Source of the DNA: Marsupella aquatica
Lineage: Eukaryota; Plantae; Marchantiophyta
DNA: 64,000 bases
Reading direction: 5' to 3'
Assembly (NCBI GenBank): GCA_973895155.1
Contig: OZ316893.1
Coordinates: forward strand, 11,796,359-11,860,358
Numbering within the stretch: the first letter of the stretch is position 1; the number at the start of each line of letters is the position of its first letter. The notes under the pieces were generated by a model. It was given only the letters and a program-made list of their open reading frames with translations. It had not been told where the DNA came from and did not search any database. Of this stretch, positions 50,803 through 64,000 are shown in pieces. Position numbers and translations under genes: made by a program.

Positions 50803-53800
50803 CTAGTTTGCATGCTTACTTGTCTCTGGAATAGCATGTTCCCAATCTTTCATCGAAGGAAAATTGAAACCCGCAGCTCTACTAAGTCGTGCAACACTTT
50901 GTGCAACACTAATCAGCTCACACTCTCGTTCTTTGAGTTCTTCCTGTAAGACCTTTGCTTTCTCCTCAGGACCTGGTATCAGAGCTTGGACTTCATCACC
51001 TGCAACCTCTTCTACAAGAGGAGCTTTAGTGGACCCATTCCCATCAACAGGATCCATCTTCCTGCTTCGCATCATAACAAAAGTTTTCGAGTTATCATAC
51101 TCATTATCAGTATCAACAACACGCTTGCCAACACTCTTGTTGCTGTTCTCCTTCTCAAATATCTCCAAATTAAGACGCTGCACAAGAGCCTCTTGGAAAA
51201 CGTCTTGACCGTCTGTGTCTTTGGGATCCATATAGATGAAGAGAAGTTGGTCCCAACACCTCTTGTATTGCATCTTGCTTATTTTGAATTTGTTCCTAAT
51301 CTCATCCACCAGGTGTATAGGGGGTGCAAGTAAACTCTTCTCCTTTGAGCATTTTCTTAAATTTTGCGACGGGACATCGAGATTACTCCCATTGACGTTG
51401 ATTAGTGCCCCGCTTCCATCAGTTAACATCTGAGATCCACTCCTGGACAGCGCCAAATCTTTCTTAAGCTGCAGTTTGCTTACGGCATCTTTAACAGCTT
51501 CATCGATAAAGGGCAAAGAAAGCAATCGCATCACGTCCATAGTGTCTCGCAGTTTCTGCAACACCACTGATGGCTCTTCCATCGTAACATCATAGCAGCT
51601 CCTGGCAATTGCTGTTGTATTTACAGCCTCCAGTAGGTGTAAACCAAAACCTTTTCCTTGATATGGTGGCAGCACCAGTATCTGCACGTACATATCAAGC
51701 AACGTTACACAAACTAGAATTTATGTGGACGAACAATTCAACCGTTGTTCACACAGGCTGCTGAGCATCCAGCTGAGAAAACATCATGAAAATAGCTGAC
51801 CGAAAATTCGAGTCAAAATTGAACGTATGTCAGTCGTACCTGACTGATTCGCAATCTTGTACTGTCAGGATAGTGATAGAAGCGGTACACATTACAGAAT
51901 CCCGCAATTTTCGTTTGAAGGCCCTCTCCTTCAAGAGCTAAATAAACCTCCCATAGAGGGTCATCACTTTCAATCGGTTGAGCACCTGAACACCATACAG
52001 CATTTAAGTCTACGTTTTGATGTCGAGGAAGCATGTGTCGTATTTCTAACAGTCCAAATTGCACTTCAGTCATTTAAGTGAAACAGTTGAGCGGGTGTCT
52101 GCAAAAATCAACTCCGCGGACGAGACTAGCCCCTAAATGTAAAAATGGTAAATCATAGAGCACATTTTGAACGTATAAACGGACAAGAGCAAAGACATCT
52201 ATCTAGTCAGTAGGATCTCACTTTGTCATTAGCTACATCACCTTCAATGAAGCAGAGACAAAGAGGCGTCAACCGTGCATGCCAAGCTCTCACAGCTGGA
52301 TCGACCAGCTCCACACGAACAATCTGAAGCCAACAGTCTAGTCAATCGAGAGTTTACGATGGCAGGAAAAAATTGAAATGATCAATATACACCGGAGAGA
52401 TCTGACGTCATAGAGAAGGGTCAACAAGTACCTTTTTGGGGTTGTCGCGTGACTCAGGGATGTTGTCAGCATTAGTATATTCTTCCTCGACCACAGGGAC
52501 GGCACTAGCCTCAGGTGTCCACCAAGAAGACACAACTTCTCCATGTTTTGCAATCAATTGCCTGCACTCATGTAACTGTCAATCAGTTGTTCTGGCATTT
52601 TAAACTGGTCTCAGAAATGCGCAAAGATATATGGAAGGCATTTTCGAGGTTGTTTTCTACAAGAATCTTAAATAATTCCAACGCCTCACAATTTCAGACT
52701 GGGTCTCGACAGAAAGAGGCCTGTTCCAACGCATTTGATTCTGTGTACACTGTCTAGTCCATCATCAGCTGACAGATATCATTTGGAAAGCAAATTTCTT
52801 ACTGGAAGTCTAGGGAGTAAGCAAGGAGACTTTGTTGAAAGGACTGTCGATCCTCGGTCAAACCATCTCCAAACACTTCCTGCGAACCAGACAAGGCATC
52901 GATTGATTCGTAGCACAACTAATACGCAAGTATTTGAGAAAGGAAAAAGCACTGACAAACATTTAAAAAATGAAAAGTAGTGCGTACCTTGAGTTTTCCG
53001 AGCAAATCTGTAGAATTCTTTCCCTCTGCACTCTGGGAATTCACTGTTGCAATGTTAAACATCCTTGCTTTCTTAAAATATTCGAGACAGTCAACGATCC
53101 ACGAGAGGCTAACCATTTCAAGCATTCAAACAGTCAGGTGGCTTCAAGACTAGCAATAGGTGGAAGTCCAAAGCTGTCGGTCAATTACAAATAAAAGAAA
53201 AAAGCAAAAGTCATTGGGGTCCCATCCAGTGTACATGCTGTCCAGTTATCAGAAATCCTCCAAAACTTGGGGACGTAAACCAAATGGGGACAGGCATAAA
53301 CCTTAGTAGAGTATTGTATTTGCACGTATGAATGAAACGTCGCAGCATGCAACCATAAATCAATCTGTATAAGAAAGTCAAATGAGAGTGCTTCATCGTC
53401 AGCATTACGCATTTTGATACAGGAACACTCACAAATGTGACCAAAATATTAGAAGCAACATCAGAAACTGCGTTCACACGGACTCGGAGTATTGAGAAGG
53501 GCACATTTCAGAAGTAGATTTGTAGGTCTCACTCCACACCCTGTTTCTGAAGATGAAGCTAAGCGATTCTACATCAAGACGACGGTTCAGGAGTCCTAAC
53601 AGGGGGATTCATGACGGACCTCCAGATCCTTATAGCCATAGATCTTTCCATCGTCTCCAAAGATTCGTTCTGCAAACTCTGGATCAAACGTGAAGTCCTC
53701 GTCATCTACTCTAAGCTCTTGACCTGGTAGAACTGCATGGAAAATTCAACGTCAATTAATGAACGGAGCCAAATTCAATATTCAGTACTTCGATGATCTT

Positions 53801-54913
53801 GGAAATGCTGCTTCTTTAACTCATCGGCAAATGCTGTTGAAATTTCCATTTCACCCGTCTAGAACAATTGAAACCAAGACTGACATGCTTCGAGAACTTC
53901 GTTTTAAGATGCCAAATCAGATTTCGACCGAGTGCCGAGTCTAGTCAGAGACAAAGAATTGGATAACAGGGAGAACGGATGTTTTCAAAATAGATCATGG
54001 ACTGAGGTAGATGCAGACATACCGATATGCAGCTTCAAGGACTCGTTGGCATTGCAGGAGAGTTGAACTGCACATCGCATTTCCAACAGTGAATTGAACT
54101 GTTTGCAAGTCTGCTGTGTATAAAACAAAAATACTACGAACGTAGGTAACAAGCCCATAAGCGCGAAAAGATTATTTCGTTACTGGCATCACCCAACCAG
54201 GCGCATGCGTCACACGACAGTACCGGAAGAAAGACAACACTTGAGACTGGGACTGAATTAGGGTTCGAATGCTGCAATAGAGTGTAGGTCTGGGGAGCAA
54301 TAGACTGTGGGGCATTCAAAAACGTACTGCTCCATAGTTCACGGCAACTCTGCTCGACCGCAACTAAGGTGAAGATTACACCCAAAAACAAATTAAAACT
54401 CAAGACGCATGAACAAGCGAACTGCCGGAAATTCATCAATCTTTTACCCCCGAAATGGATCGCAAGTACTTTCCACAGAGCTTTTCGCTGTTGTCGTAGC
54501 TCAACGTCGGACGAAGGTATCGAAGAAGGCGCGCCAGGCCACGACGAAGAGGGAATTTAAAACTACGAAAACACGTTCTTATAATGTATTGTGCGAAAGG
54601 GGTCAAAAATTAAACATCGTTGCAAGGGGCATGTACACAGCGGACCGGCATGAGCCACCTTCAAATCGAGTTCCCGAGCAGGTTCACAGTCATTATTTGG
54701 TGTTTAGAATAAATTTGAAAAGTGTAGTAGCCAGAACCAAGGCAGAGAACTCCGGCGGGGAAACTAGGGAGTTCAAACAAACAAACCAAAAGAGCGGCGG
54801 AGAAAAGAACAAGCAGACAAGTTACTTTCAGGGAAGGCGACTTTGCGCTTCTTTTCTGCGCCAGCAACAATCCCGCCGCCGCTGGGGGCTTTCGATTTTC
54901 CCCCATGCGCCAT
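50803..54913 (-). CDS. HAG2: Histone acetyltransferase type B catalytic subunit (HAT1/HAG2), multi-exon
   Basis: Exons give KKRKV (NLS-like), [65 protein letters not shown] (GNAT motif A) and VTMEEPS. Some central exon borders approximate. Confidence 0.92.
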
Positions 54914-55337
54914 CGCGACCCCTCCCGAGCCTTGGCCAAGTCGATGACAAGCAGCAATTCGTTCGCTGCGCAATCCGATGAAAACGCCGACCGATGAACG
55001 AAGCAGGTCGAAGCAGAAGGTGCACAATACCAATACTGATGAACTTCGTCCAGCTTATTGCAAACAGATTGAGGATGGAGCATTTCGAGCTCGTGGTGAA
55101 GTGGAATGCCGATCCGTGGGCAGAAATAATAATGGGTTCCGTTGTTTCGAAATCGATTCTGCGACGATACGAGTGGAAGTCGAACGGATTCCTTCTCTTC
55201 CCGCGCTCTTCGCAAAATTTGATCGTTTCTGCGTTTCCTCGAGGCCCCATTTTACAAGTGTCATAGTGACATAGTGACATAGTGTCATTTCTCCACTAGT
55301 GTAGTGTCAAGTGTCATATCTTCCCATTATAGTGTCA

Positions 55338-55365
55338 CTAGTTCAATACCCGTGCAGTTGCACAA
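55338..55365 (-). mobile_element. Helitron 3' terminus (element extends rightward; 5' end not resolved)
   Basis: The minus strand reads GTGCAACTGCAC hairpin, GGGTATTGAA, CTAG|T, the canonical Helitron 3' signature. Confidence 0.7.
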
Positions 55366-58300
55366 AACCTGTAGGTAATAAAAATAAAATGTAGTGTCGC
55401 CAAAGATGTTGTCAAGAAAAAAGGTGTCATGTTGCCAACGATATTCTTAACAAAATAGATCTTGTGCCGCCAAAGATTTTGTTGAATAAGAAGATGTCGT
55501 TGCACCAAAGATGTCGTTATGTCCAGGATGTCATCAAGTAAAAGATGATGTGTCTCCAAAGATGTTGTTAAGTATTTTTTTTGGTTAAGTACAAAATGGT
55601 CAATAAGTAAAGGAATGTCGTTAGTCAAAGAATGTTGTGAAATAAACGATGTTCTTAAGTACAAAATATTGTTGGTCAACGATGTTAAGTTAAGTAAAAA
55701 AGTTGTTCAGTAAATGATGTACATTGTTGCCACTTTTTTTGTCACCCCTTGCATCCTGGAACCCCATCAGTAACCCCAAAGTTTTGGTTACTTTAAAACT
55801 TTTGCTTAAAGTTACCATGGCAGCCCCAATGCCGAGTTGGATGCCAAGACCCCTTGGGGCAATGGCATAGCTTGGCTGACTTTTCCACAACCATTCTTCG
55901 CTACCCTTTGCATCTTAGAACCCATCGGTAACCCAAATTTTTTGGTTACTTAAGCTTCTTACTTAAAGCTGCTGCAATTGCTTAACTGGCATTGCCCGTC
56001 CCAATGTCAAGACCCCCGGGGGTAACGACGCTGCTTGGCTGACTTTTCAACAGCCCTTCCTTTCCCTGCCCTTGCATATATCCCAATTTTTAAATTACTT
56101 TAAGCCTTAGTTTGCTTAAAGTGCGGCCACTTACTTGGCTTTGGCTGCCTTCCCCTTGGGGCAACGGCATGGCTCAGCCCACTTTTCAGCAACACAAATA
56201 TTCCTACCCCTTCCTTGGAACCCCTTTGGTAACCTCATCTAAGTTTACTCGGCTCCTTACTCGCCAACACCATACCCCCTTGGGGTGGTCCCCTCATATA
56301 TTTCTGGGACCTGCCACCCCTGAACCGACCTTGGTCCCAATATTTTGGCCCCCACCCCATGCCTCTTCTTGTGCGAAACAAAGTGGCAAGACATAACAGC
56401 AATTGAGGGCTTGTTGGGGAGTTGGAACCCATGGCAAGATTGAGTTAGGGTTGGGATGGGACCCTGGGAGGGCCAGGGTTGTCTTAGGAGTTGTCGTCGC
56501 TTCCTCATCACTCCCCCTCGTCATCTTGTTGCCACTCCATCGCCGTCGTTGCTTAAAAGCCCTCATAAATGCCAGGAGCCCCTTAGGAGCCCACATAGGA
56601 CCTTGGGTTTGGTGTAGAGAGCTCCAAAGGGAAAGGAGCTACGCTCCTCTATCTCTCTCTTTAAAGTTGTACCCTCCTGGTACAACTGTACCTCCTTACA
56701 GGACCTCTATCCACTCTGACATACCTTGTACCTAGGGGGCTCTCAACTAAGGGGAATGAGCTAGAATGATTCACCAAGACAATTCCTTGCAAAAGCATTT
56801 AATATGTCCCCCGCAACTCACTGGAAGAAGACCACGTGTTTCCCCATCCAGACAACACCTCTTGGTCACTTTTCGGGCCAGGTATTTTTCCTCGCTGCTC
56901 GTGCCCGCATGTCAGTTCCTGACTTTACTTTAGGGTTACACAGGTTGATGCTAGGAATATGCCAGGGTACTCTTTATGCATGCACATGAAAACAAGAGCC
57001 TGTACTCTGCCTTGCCACTGCAGCAAGAATGATGTGTGCAGTAGTCGACCTTGGCACGGAGGTTTCCTGGAGATGGCAGTGCAAGAGTGCAGACCTTTGG
57101 CATCACTTGCCAATGCCATGATGGTACAAAATGTATGTAGCAAGGTGCAATGTTCTCAGTTGACAGCAGACGGCGTCATATTTTGGCAGGGCGTCAAATG
57201 AATGATCGAACCTTGGCATGCTGCAACGAAAAACTTGTCTAAAGTTGAAATGACATACAAGTCCAAGGTAAGTGACTACATTCATTTTGTACACATATGT
57301 CGGTTTTACACTATGCTCTGAGAAAGATTGAATAACTGGAAGGAAGACGCAATACGATAAGAAGGAAGACACAATGCGATTACTTAGATGTATTTCTATG
57401 AGAATTACCCGACGTGCGTAGATAAAAACTAAATTGAGAATTTGCACTCCAGTGAGATCTGACGCAATGATAACAGTAACTGTGAGTAATGACTATTGTG
57501 TAAATTATGTGCCCTGTGTGTTCTAATGTAAAACAATATTTGTGTGAACATATTGAGTGATTGTATGTCAGTGAATGACGAGAGCCTGTTGCATGCTTAT
57601 ACTTTTTGAGATTCACAGAGAGTAAGTAAGTGATTGGATGTAATGAAATAATAGAATAATTATTATTATTGAATATAAATGCTTTGTTTCTTTGGATTGC
57701 AAGTATTAGTCCTTACACTTTTAATTTTCAATGTCAGATGTCTCATGGGAATGCTTCGAATGTCATCAAATCAAGACATCACTATGGTGCACTTCAATGT
57801 GACCAAATCCAGATTCCAGCACTAGGGAAGTTTACTTTTGATCATTTGACCTGGTTTAAAAATGAAGCTTGGATTCCAAAGTTACAGGGTTTGCAGGGTT
57901 TGAGACTGATCTTAGGGGGATTATTGATGGGAGGAGTGGACTTTTCTGGATGTATCTAAGATTGGGAGGTGTTCTACTTACGGGACAATCTTTTTCAGAT
58001 TAGCAACGACCTGCTAATGGATTTACGGGATGAATGATTAGGTTTAAGGTTGAATAGGCTTTAAGCACTTGGATGCGGGCTCGGAAGTACTCGGTAGCGG
58101 GAGATTTACACTGAAAGAAAAGAAGCACTTACACACTTTTTAGCAGTTAAACCACAGTGGAGAGATTAGAAATGATACGGTAACATAAGAGGAACAGGAG
58201 GAATTTTTGCATGGTCCTGTAGCAAGCAAGTCGCGGTGCTGTATATCTTGGTGACAGACCATATTGGGATGCAGGAGGAGAGTGGTGCTTCTTGGGATTG

Positions 58301-59122
58301 CACAAGTGTAATCTCACTTTATGGAATCTACACAAAAATCGCGCAAGGGCTTAGGGGGTTGGAAGTAGAGAACTCAAGGTCAAATAAGCGGGATAAGAAT
58401 GGAGTGAGGCGAGTGTGGAGGGACAAAGATCGGGAATCAGACGAGTAGATGGCTTGATCTCATGGAAGAGAAGCGGCTTGGATTATGATGGAGAAAGGGA
58501 TGTTTGCATGAACACAAACGGTATTTAGAGAATTGAGGAAATGAAAGAAGAGCAGGAAGAAGGGAGAGCAGGAAGGGAGGACTGGGAGGGGGCGCAAAGG
58601 ATAGAAGAAGATTGAGACTGTGTCGGTGGGCTGGGTAGGCTGTGATTACGCGGTCTGTGGTTTGGAAACACGGGAGCGAGAAGCAGGCTGGAGACCGGAC
58701 ATACGAGCTAGCAGAGGGCAAGAAGGAAACGTCGGAGAGAGGACGAGTAACGTGCTAACGTAAGGTGAGATTAATTTCTTGATAGGATTAGCTGGAGATT
58801 TGTTTATACTGAAAAGTATACTCAAATGAATGCGAGAGGGAGCAACTTGGAACACAAAGAGGATGGACAAGAGAGGTTTTGCAGTGAGGTGAGACAACAG
58901 CAGGAATTAGGAGTGGAGGCACCGGAAAGGTATAGTAGACAGGACTCGAGAAGCTATGCGCTCCCCTCAAGCGGGCGGGGACAGAATCCTAGATCAAGTG
59001 TAGTAATGCAGAAACCATTTGATCTGTACGCGAACTTGGATCGAGCTCGACAAAGAATTGTGGATCCGGGAGAGATGAAAGCAACTCGGGAGCGGGAGAA
59101 GGGGAAGAATTGCGGGTCATAG

Positions 59123-60156
59123 TTGAGGAATGAGGAGCACCAGAGAGGCGAGTCAGCTGCTCTTACTACGGGGGGGAGACGAGAAGTGGCGAATGTCCCT
59201 CGTAGGGAAAAGGAAACTAACTCGGCATGCGCAGGTAGTGAGGGTGCGGACACGGAGGAGTCTGAGCAGGATGAGGGGGTGGTATCGGCTGAATGTATCA
59301 ACATACTCAAGGAGGCGGCGGCTTCTACTACTGGAGATTGGAGTACTAAATTGTATACATCCGTGGAATGGAGTCTGGGTGAAGCAGCGAACAATGCGAG
59401 GCAGTTGTATAACTGCGGTATGCTTTGTTATTTTACGGATTGGACTCCGATGCTGCCAAGCTTTCAAGCTTGGATTGTGGGTCGTATGGTGGAAGAAAGG
59501 AATTGGCCAGTTTTGCAAATTAAATTTGTTGGTAAGAGTTTTTATCTAGTGGTCTTTGAGAATGCAGACCATAGAGATTTGGCGCTAACTTCAGCACCTT
59601 GGTTTTTGGAACGTAAACTGGTATACATGTTCCCATGGGACCCTTCTTTTGATATCCGGAATGAGAAGTTCACCAAGCTGCCTGTATGGATAGAGCTGCC
59701 ATTTCGGGCTTTGATTCTGGAAGGATGCCGTATGAAAATTGCAGAATCACTTGGGAAGTTGCTGCATTATATACAAGGAGATGATTATAGCTCCTATCCG
59801 CATGATAGAGCATGTATTCTGTGGGACACTGAACGGGAGGTGCCGCATAGTGCTCGGGTGGAGATTCGTGGAGCCATAATTATATGGCAACCAATTGTGT
59901 TCAAAACATCCCCTATCATTGTTTCAGATGCAATAAGAAGGGACATTTGGCAAGGGATTGCAGGGAGGGAAGAGATGTGGTGGCTGAGGCAGATCAAGAG
60001 AATAATGATGAGGACCTGGTGGGAACTCCTGAGGAATTGGATGCAGTGGCGGAGGGGGATCCGGAGGAGGTTCTTAGAACCCAACTTGAAATGAACTTGC
60101 AAGTAAGACAAGGAGCGGGGCTGATGGCACTGCGAGGAGAGTACTGTCACAGCTGA
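59123..60156 (+). pseudogene. LINE ORF1 (DUF4283-like region and zinc knuckle), frameshifted
   Basis: FYLVVFEN..RDLALTSAPWF...WDPSF...LPVWIELP; CFRCNKKGHLARDC in a shifted frame. Confidence 0.88.
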
Positions 60157-60428
60157 TATAGTAGCTATTGAATCGCTGATGAGTAAGGATAGGACTTCTT
60201 CCCCGGTGCAATTGCAAGAAACACCTTTGGGGATGGGGCAGAGTGTGGATGGCTCGACTGAGCTGCAGGACTCCTCGCTGCTAATAGTAGATTCACATAT
60301 GGAGGAGACCGGAGAGATAGCCATTGGCACACCAAGGCGCCGCAAGGGGGGGAGTGTGAGCTTGGCTACCTCTTCGGGTGGGCGAATGCGGATTTAGCTC
60401 ATGGGTGTTGGAGCCGGGGACAGAGGGG

Positions 60429-63400
60429 ATGGGAGAAATTTTGAGGGTGGTGTCCTGGAATGTATGTGGGCTCTGCGAACCAAACCGGAAGAATGTGGTG
60501 AAAAACTGGATTGCAACAAGGAAGGAACGAATAGATGCATTGGCCCTGCAAGAAATCAAGGCGGATCAGTTCAGACTGGATATGGCCATGAGAGTAATTT
60601 TGCCAAATTATCAATGCGTTGCATTGACACCAGAGGAAGGTCGGGGAGGCACGACATTACTAATTCATCCGCAATTTAGGATGGTAGCGTCTGGAGTGAT
60701 GGATAGGGGGCGAGCAGTATGGGCGATTGTGGAGTATCAAGACTGTAAATTTGGAATCCTGAGTGTTTACGCACCAAATACTGCTCAACTTAGAGCCATT
60801 TTGTGGCATGAACTGAAAATGCATCTTCCTCAGGAGAACTGGATTGTATGCGGGGACTTCAATATGACCGAAGTTAGAGAGGACTCCACAGGCGATTCTC
60901 CAATGATTAAGGGATGAGAAGCAGAGTTTTGGAGATTTTTGAAAGTTAGATTTAATTTGGTGGATGCATTGCTAATTAAGGGGGAGGTACGGGGGGCGCG
61001 CTACACATGGAGAAGAAACAGGATGGGGTCTTTGGTTCAATCGAGACTGGATAGGTTCTATCTTAGTGCGAATGGGGATTGGATTTATAAACTGGTTGAA
61101 TTGGTGCATGACGGGGGATCAGCACTGTCTGATCATGACCCGGTTATGATCTGCATTAGTCTCATGGAAGCAAGGCAGGAAGGAAAATCGGGACTAAGAA
61201 GATCTCTATTTAAGGCTAATCCTGCCCTGGTTAGGATGGAAGGCATGATCAAAATACTAGAAAGGGCATGGGTGGAGGGGAAGGGTGACTCTATTGAACC
61301 TTTGCTAGCCTTTGACAAGGCTTGCAGGAATATGAGAAGCAAATACATTGAAAAGCAAGCGACACCTAAAGAGAAAGATGAAGAAATGCTTTTGTTGAGA
61401 AATAAGCTTCGGATGTTGAAAATGGAGATCCTGGAGGAATACACAGAAGAGGAGTTGCGAGATTACGTGGATATGGAGGATCAAGTACATGCGGTAGAGT
61501 TAGAGGAGGCTCACAGAGGACGAAGGTTAGCATGAATTAAATGGTTGGGTGAGGGGGAGGAACCTTCAAGGTTTTACTTCGCAACTGTAAAGGCAAAAAG
61601 AGAACGGGAGGCAATGAGGAGCCTCACGGTGGAAGATGGCAAGGTGATCACAGATCCAACGATGATATTGAGAGAAGTAGAGAAGACATGTAAGGAATTA
61701 TATGCGCCTAAGGAGCCATCTAGGCATGAACGGATGGAAACTCTGAATGAGCGAAGCAGACTGCTGGAGCACACAAAGTGTGTGTTGACGATTACGGAAA
61801 TACAAATGCTGGAAGGGCTGCCAACAAAAGAAGAAATCAAAGAAGTCTTGTGGTTGCTTCCCAGAGATAAGGCCCTTGGACCAGACGGGATGACAGCGGA
61901 GGTTTATCAGGCCTGTTGGGTGTTCATGCAAGATGACTTGGTAGCGATGGTGCAGGAATTTTGGCTGACGGGGAACTTGGCAGTAGGGATTAAAGAGGGG
62001 ATGATTAAGTTCATTCCGAAGAAATCTGATAAGCAGCATCTAAGGGACTGGCGGCCTCTTACTATGCTGAACATAGGCTACAAGCTGGTTGCAAAGTTAT
62101 TGGCGTTAAGGCTAATTCAAATCCTACCGAAGGTTATTAGTTCTCAACAAACAGGTTTCATTCCAGGAAGAAATATACTGGAGAACATTTCGCTGGCTTG
62201 GCTAATGTTTGACTGGGTGAAAAATAGGAAGGTTGAATCACTTTTCCTTAAGCTAGATTTTGAGAAAGCGTTTGACAGAGTGGATCAGAGCTTTATATGG
62301 GAAACTATGCACTTGTTGGGGATAAGCGGAACGTTCATAAAACTAGTCAAGGCACTATTACAACAGGCATCCTCAAAGATTTATGTGAATGGGTTGCTTT
62401 CCTCTGAGATTGGACTGTTGAGGGGTGTTAGGCAGGGTTGCCCTCTTTCACCTCTCTTATTTGTGATATCAACTCAGCCTTTAATGGATTTTATGGATGC
62501 TGAGATGGAGGCAGGGCGTTTAGATGGCATTCAAGTCTCAGCGGACTTGAGGATATGCTATAGGTTCTTTGCTGATGACTTGGGGATGTTCATCCCGGCT
62601 AAGCAGAGGAGTTTCCTGAAAGCAACAACAGTGATACAGTGCTAGATGAATTGGCCACGGGGGCCAGACTGAATTTGCGTAAATCAATAGTCATCCCGCT
62701 AGCACTGTTGAGTATTCCGGCATGGTTACAAGAGACTGGATGTGTGATTAGCAAGAAAGGAGAGCTACAGAAATATCTGGGTGCTCCTTTGGGGGTGGAC
62801 CTGAAAATGGAACAACTGCATAGCTTTTGTCTGGATAAAATTGGGAAGAGGTTATCTTCTTGGTCGAACAAAATGCTTACCTTTACAGGACGCTCGCTTC
62901 TGATTAGGCACATACTTCAAGCAATTCCCATTTATCATACAATGTTCCTTAAGGCGTCTGCTGGTTTGGCTAGGAAAATGACTGCACTGTGCAGGGATTT
63001 TTTATGGGGTCATAACAAGGAGGGGGGCAAGCGAGTTCCGCTGGTTTCCTGGGCACGTCTCTCACGTCCCAAGTTGGATGGCGGACTGGGGTTTAAAGAC
63101 TTCCGCAGTCACTCGGATGCGCTGTTATCAAAATGGTTTACCTGTGCAATGGACTACCCGGATACGGAATGGGCTAGAATGTTTGCTGAAAATCTGAATA
63201 GGATTGGATGGACTAACTATAAAGAAATGCGGAGGAATGGGTATACCTTCTGGGACAAAATGGTACTTGGCTGTCCTAGGGGATCTCTGGAAGGCCTGGG
63301 AATTGCTGCGAGCCAATCTGATTTTCTGTCCCTCTGAGCGGATACCTGGTAGATGGTCGATTTGTGATGTGCTCCGATGTTTAAAGGGAACGCAGGCGTG

Positions 63401-64000
63401 GAGCAGTGGTGACAGGGAAGCAGTGACAGTCCTTTGTGGAAGACTGGGCATCAGGAGCATGCAAGATTTATGGTCAAGTGAAAGGAATGGATGGTGAGGG
63501 CTGGCAGGAAGGTGGCTACATCTACGTGGATTCTCAGAGGAACACTTAACACTTGGACGCAGATTCATTGGGCTGTTAGCTGACATCCCCAGCTGTGAGT
63601 GGGGGGGTGGAGCCTGGGCCGGAGAGCTGGTGTTGGGCGGACAACCCTACTGCTCTCAGGAGGTTCAGAGTGTCAAATAAGAGAGCATATCAGATGCTGC
63701 AAGAGGAGGTGAGCGATTTACAGAGTTTAAATAGGACATGGGGAATTGCAAGCACGGGCGACGAATGGAGGGCAAGGTGGGCGGGGCTGTGGGGATTGGA
63801 CTTGTCAATGAGAGCTAAGATATTTATGTGGCGTGTAGTAGCATCGGGGCTCTTCACCGGGGTTAGGGAGGTCAAAATTGGTAAAGGAAATGGAGAGTGC
63901 AAGCTATGTCCTGGAACACTAGAGACTATTTCACACTTGTTCATGACCTGTCAACATGCACAGCGCTGTTGGCAGCTCTGTGCACAAAGCTTTGAGGGCA
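60429..64000 (+). pseudogene. LINE ORF2 (APE endonuclease, RT, zf-RVT) with stops and frameshifts; truncated by the window end
   Basis: SWNVCGL, LQEIK, VYAPN, GDFN, SDHDPV, GVRQGCPLSP, FADD, KYLG, CKLC..ETISHLFMTC. Confidence 0.93.

Noticed and set aside
54409-55288. Overlapping ORFs around HAT1 exon 1
   Set aside because: GC-rich 5' UTR/first-intron sequence; only the short MAHGGK...KKRKVAFPE exon fits the spliced gene.
62565-62580. FADD instead of YADD in the LINE RT
   Set aside because: FADD is a common variant in plant L1 elements.

Overview
Eukaryotic, intron-containing DNA, most consistent with a non-seed land plant such as a bryophyte (inference). The first ~33 kb is a nested field of decayed transposons: a split Ty1/copia RT remnant, a split CACTA transposase, an L1-type LINE, MITEs and gypsy fragments. 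The middle holds three spliced host genes (RING/coiled-coil/WD40, triple-KH RNA-binding protein, HAT1/HAG2) and a hevein-domain gene or pseudogene. It is followed by a Helitron 3' end and a second, near full-length LINE cut by the window edge. The standout is a 9.47-kb Ty3/gypsy-type retroelement (12430-21902, 4-bp TSD CCTA) inserted in the first LINE. Its decayed polyprotein reads Gag-protease-DNMT3-like C5 cytosine methyltransferase-RT-RNase H-DDE integrase-PHD finger. It lacks ordinary LTRs and instead has split direct repeats A...B-A-B, a Tf1-like self-priming site directly after A1, a PPT directly before B1, and an internal CA-ac-TG att-like junction. Together these suggest integration from a circular two-LTR intermediate. 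All coordinates and mismatch counts were read by eye; no database searches were run.
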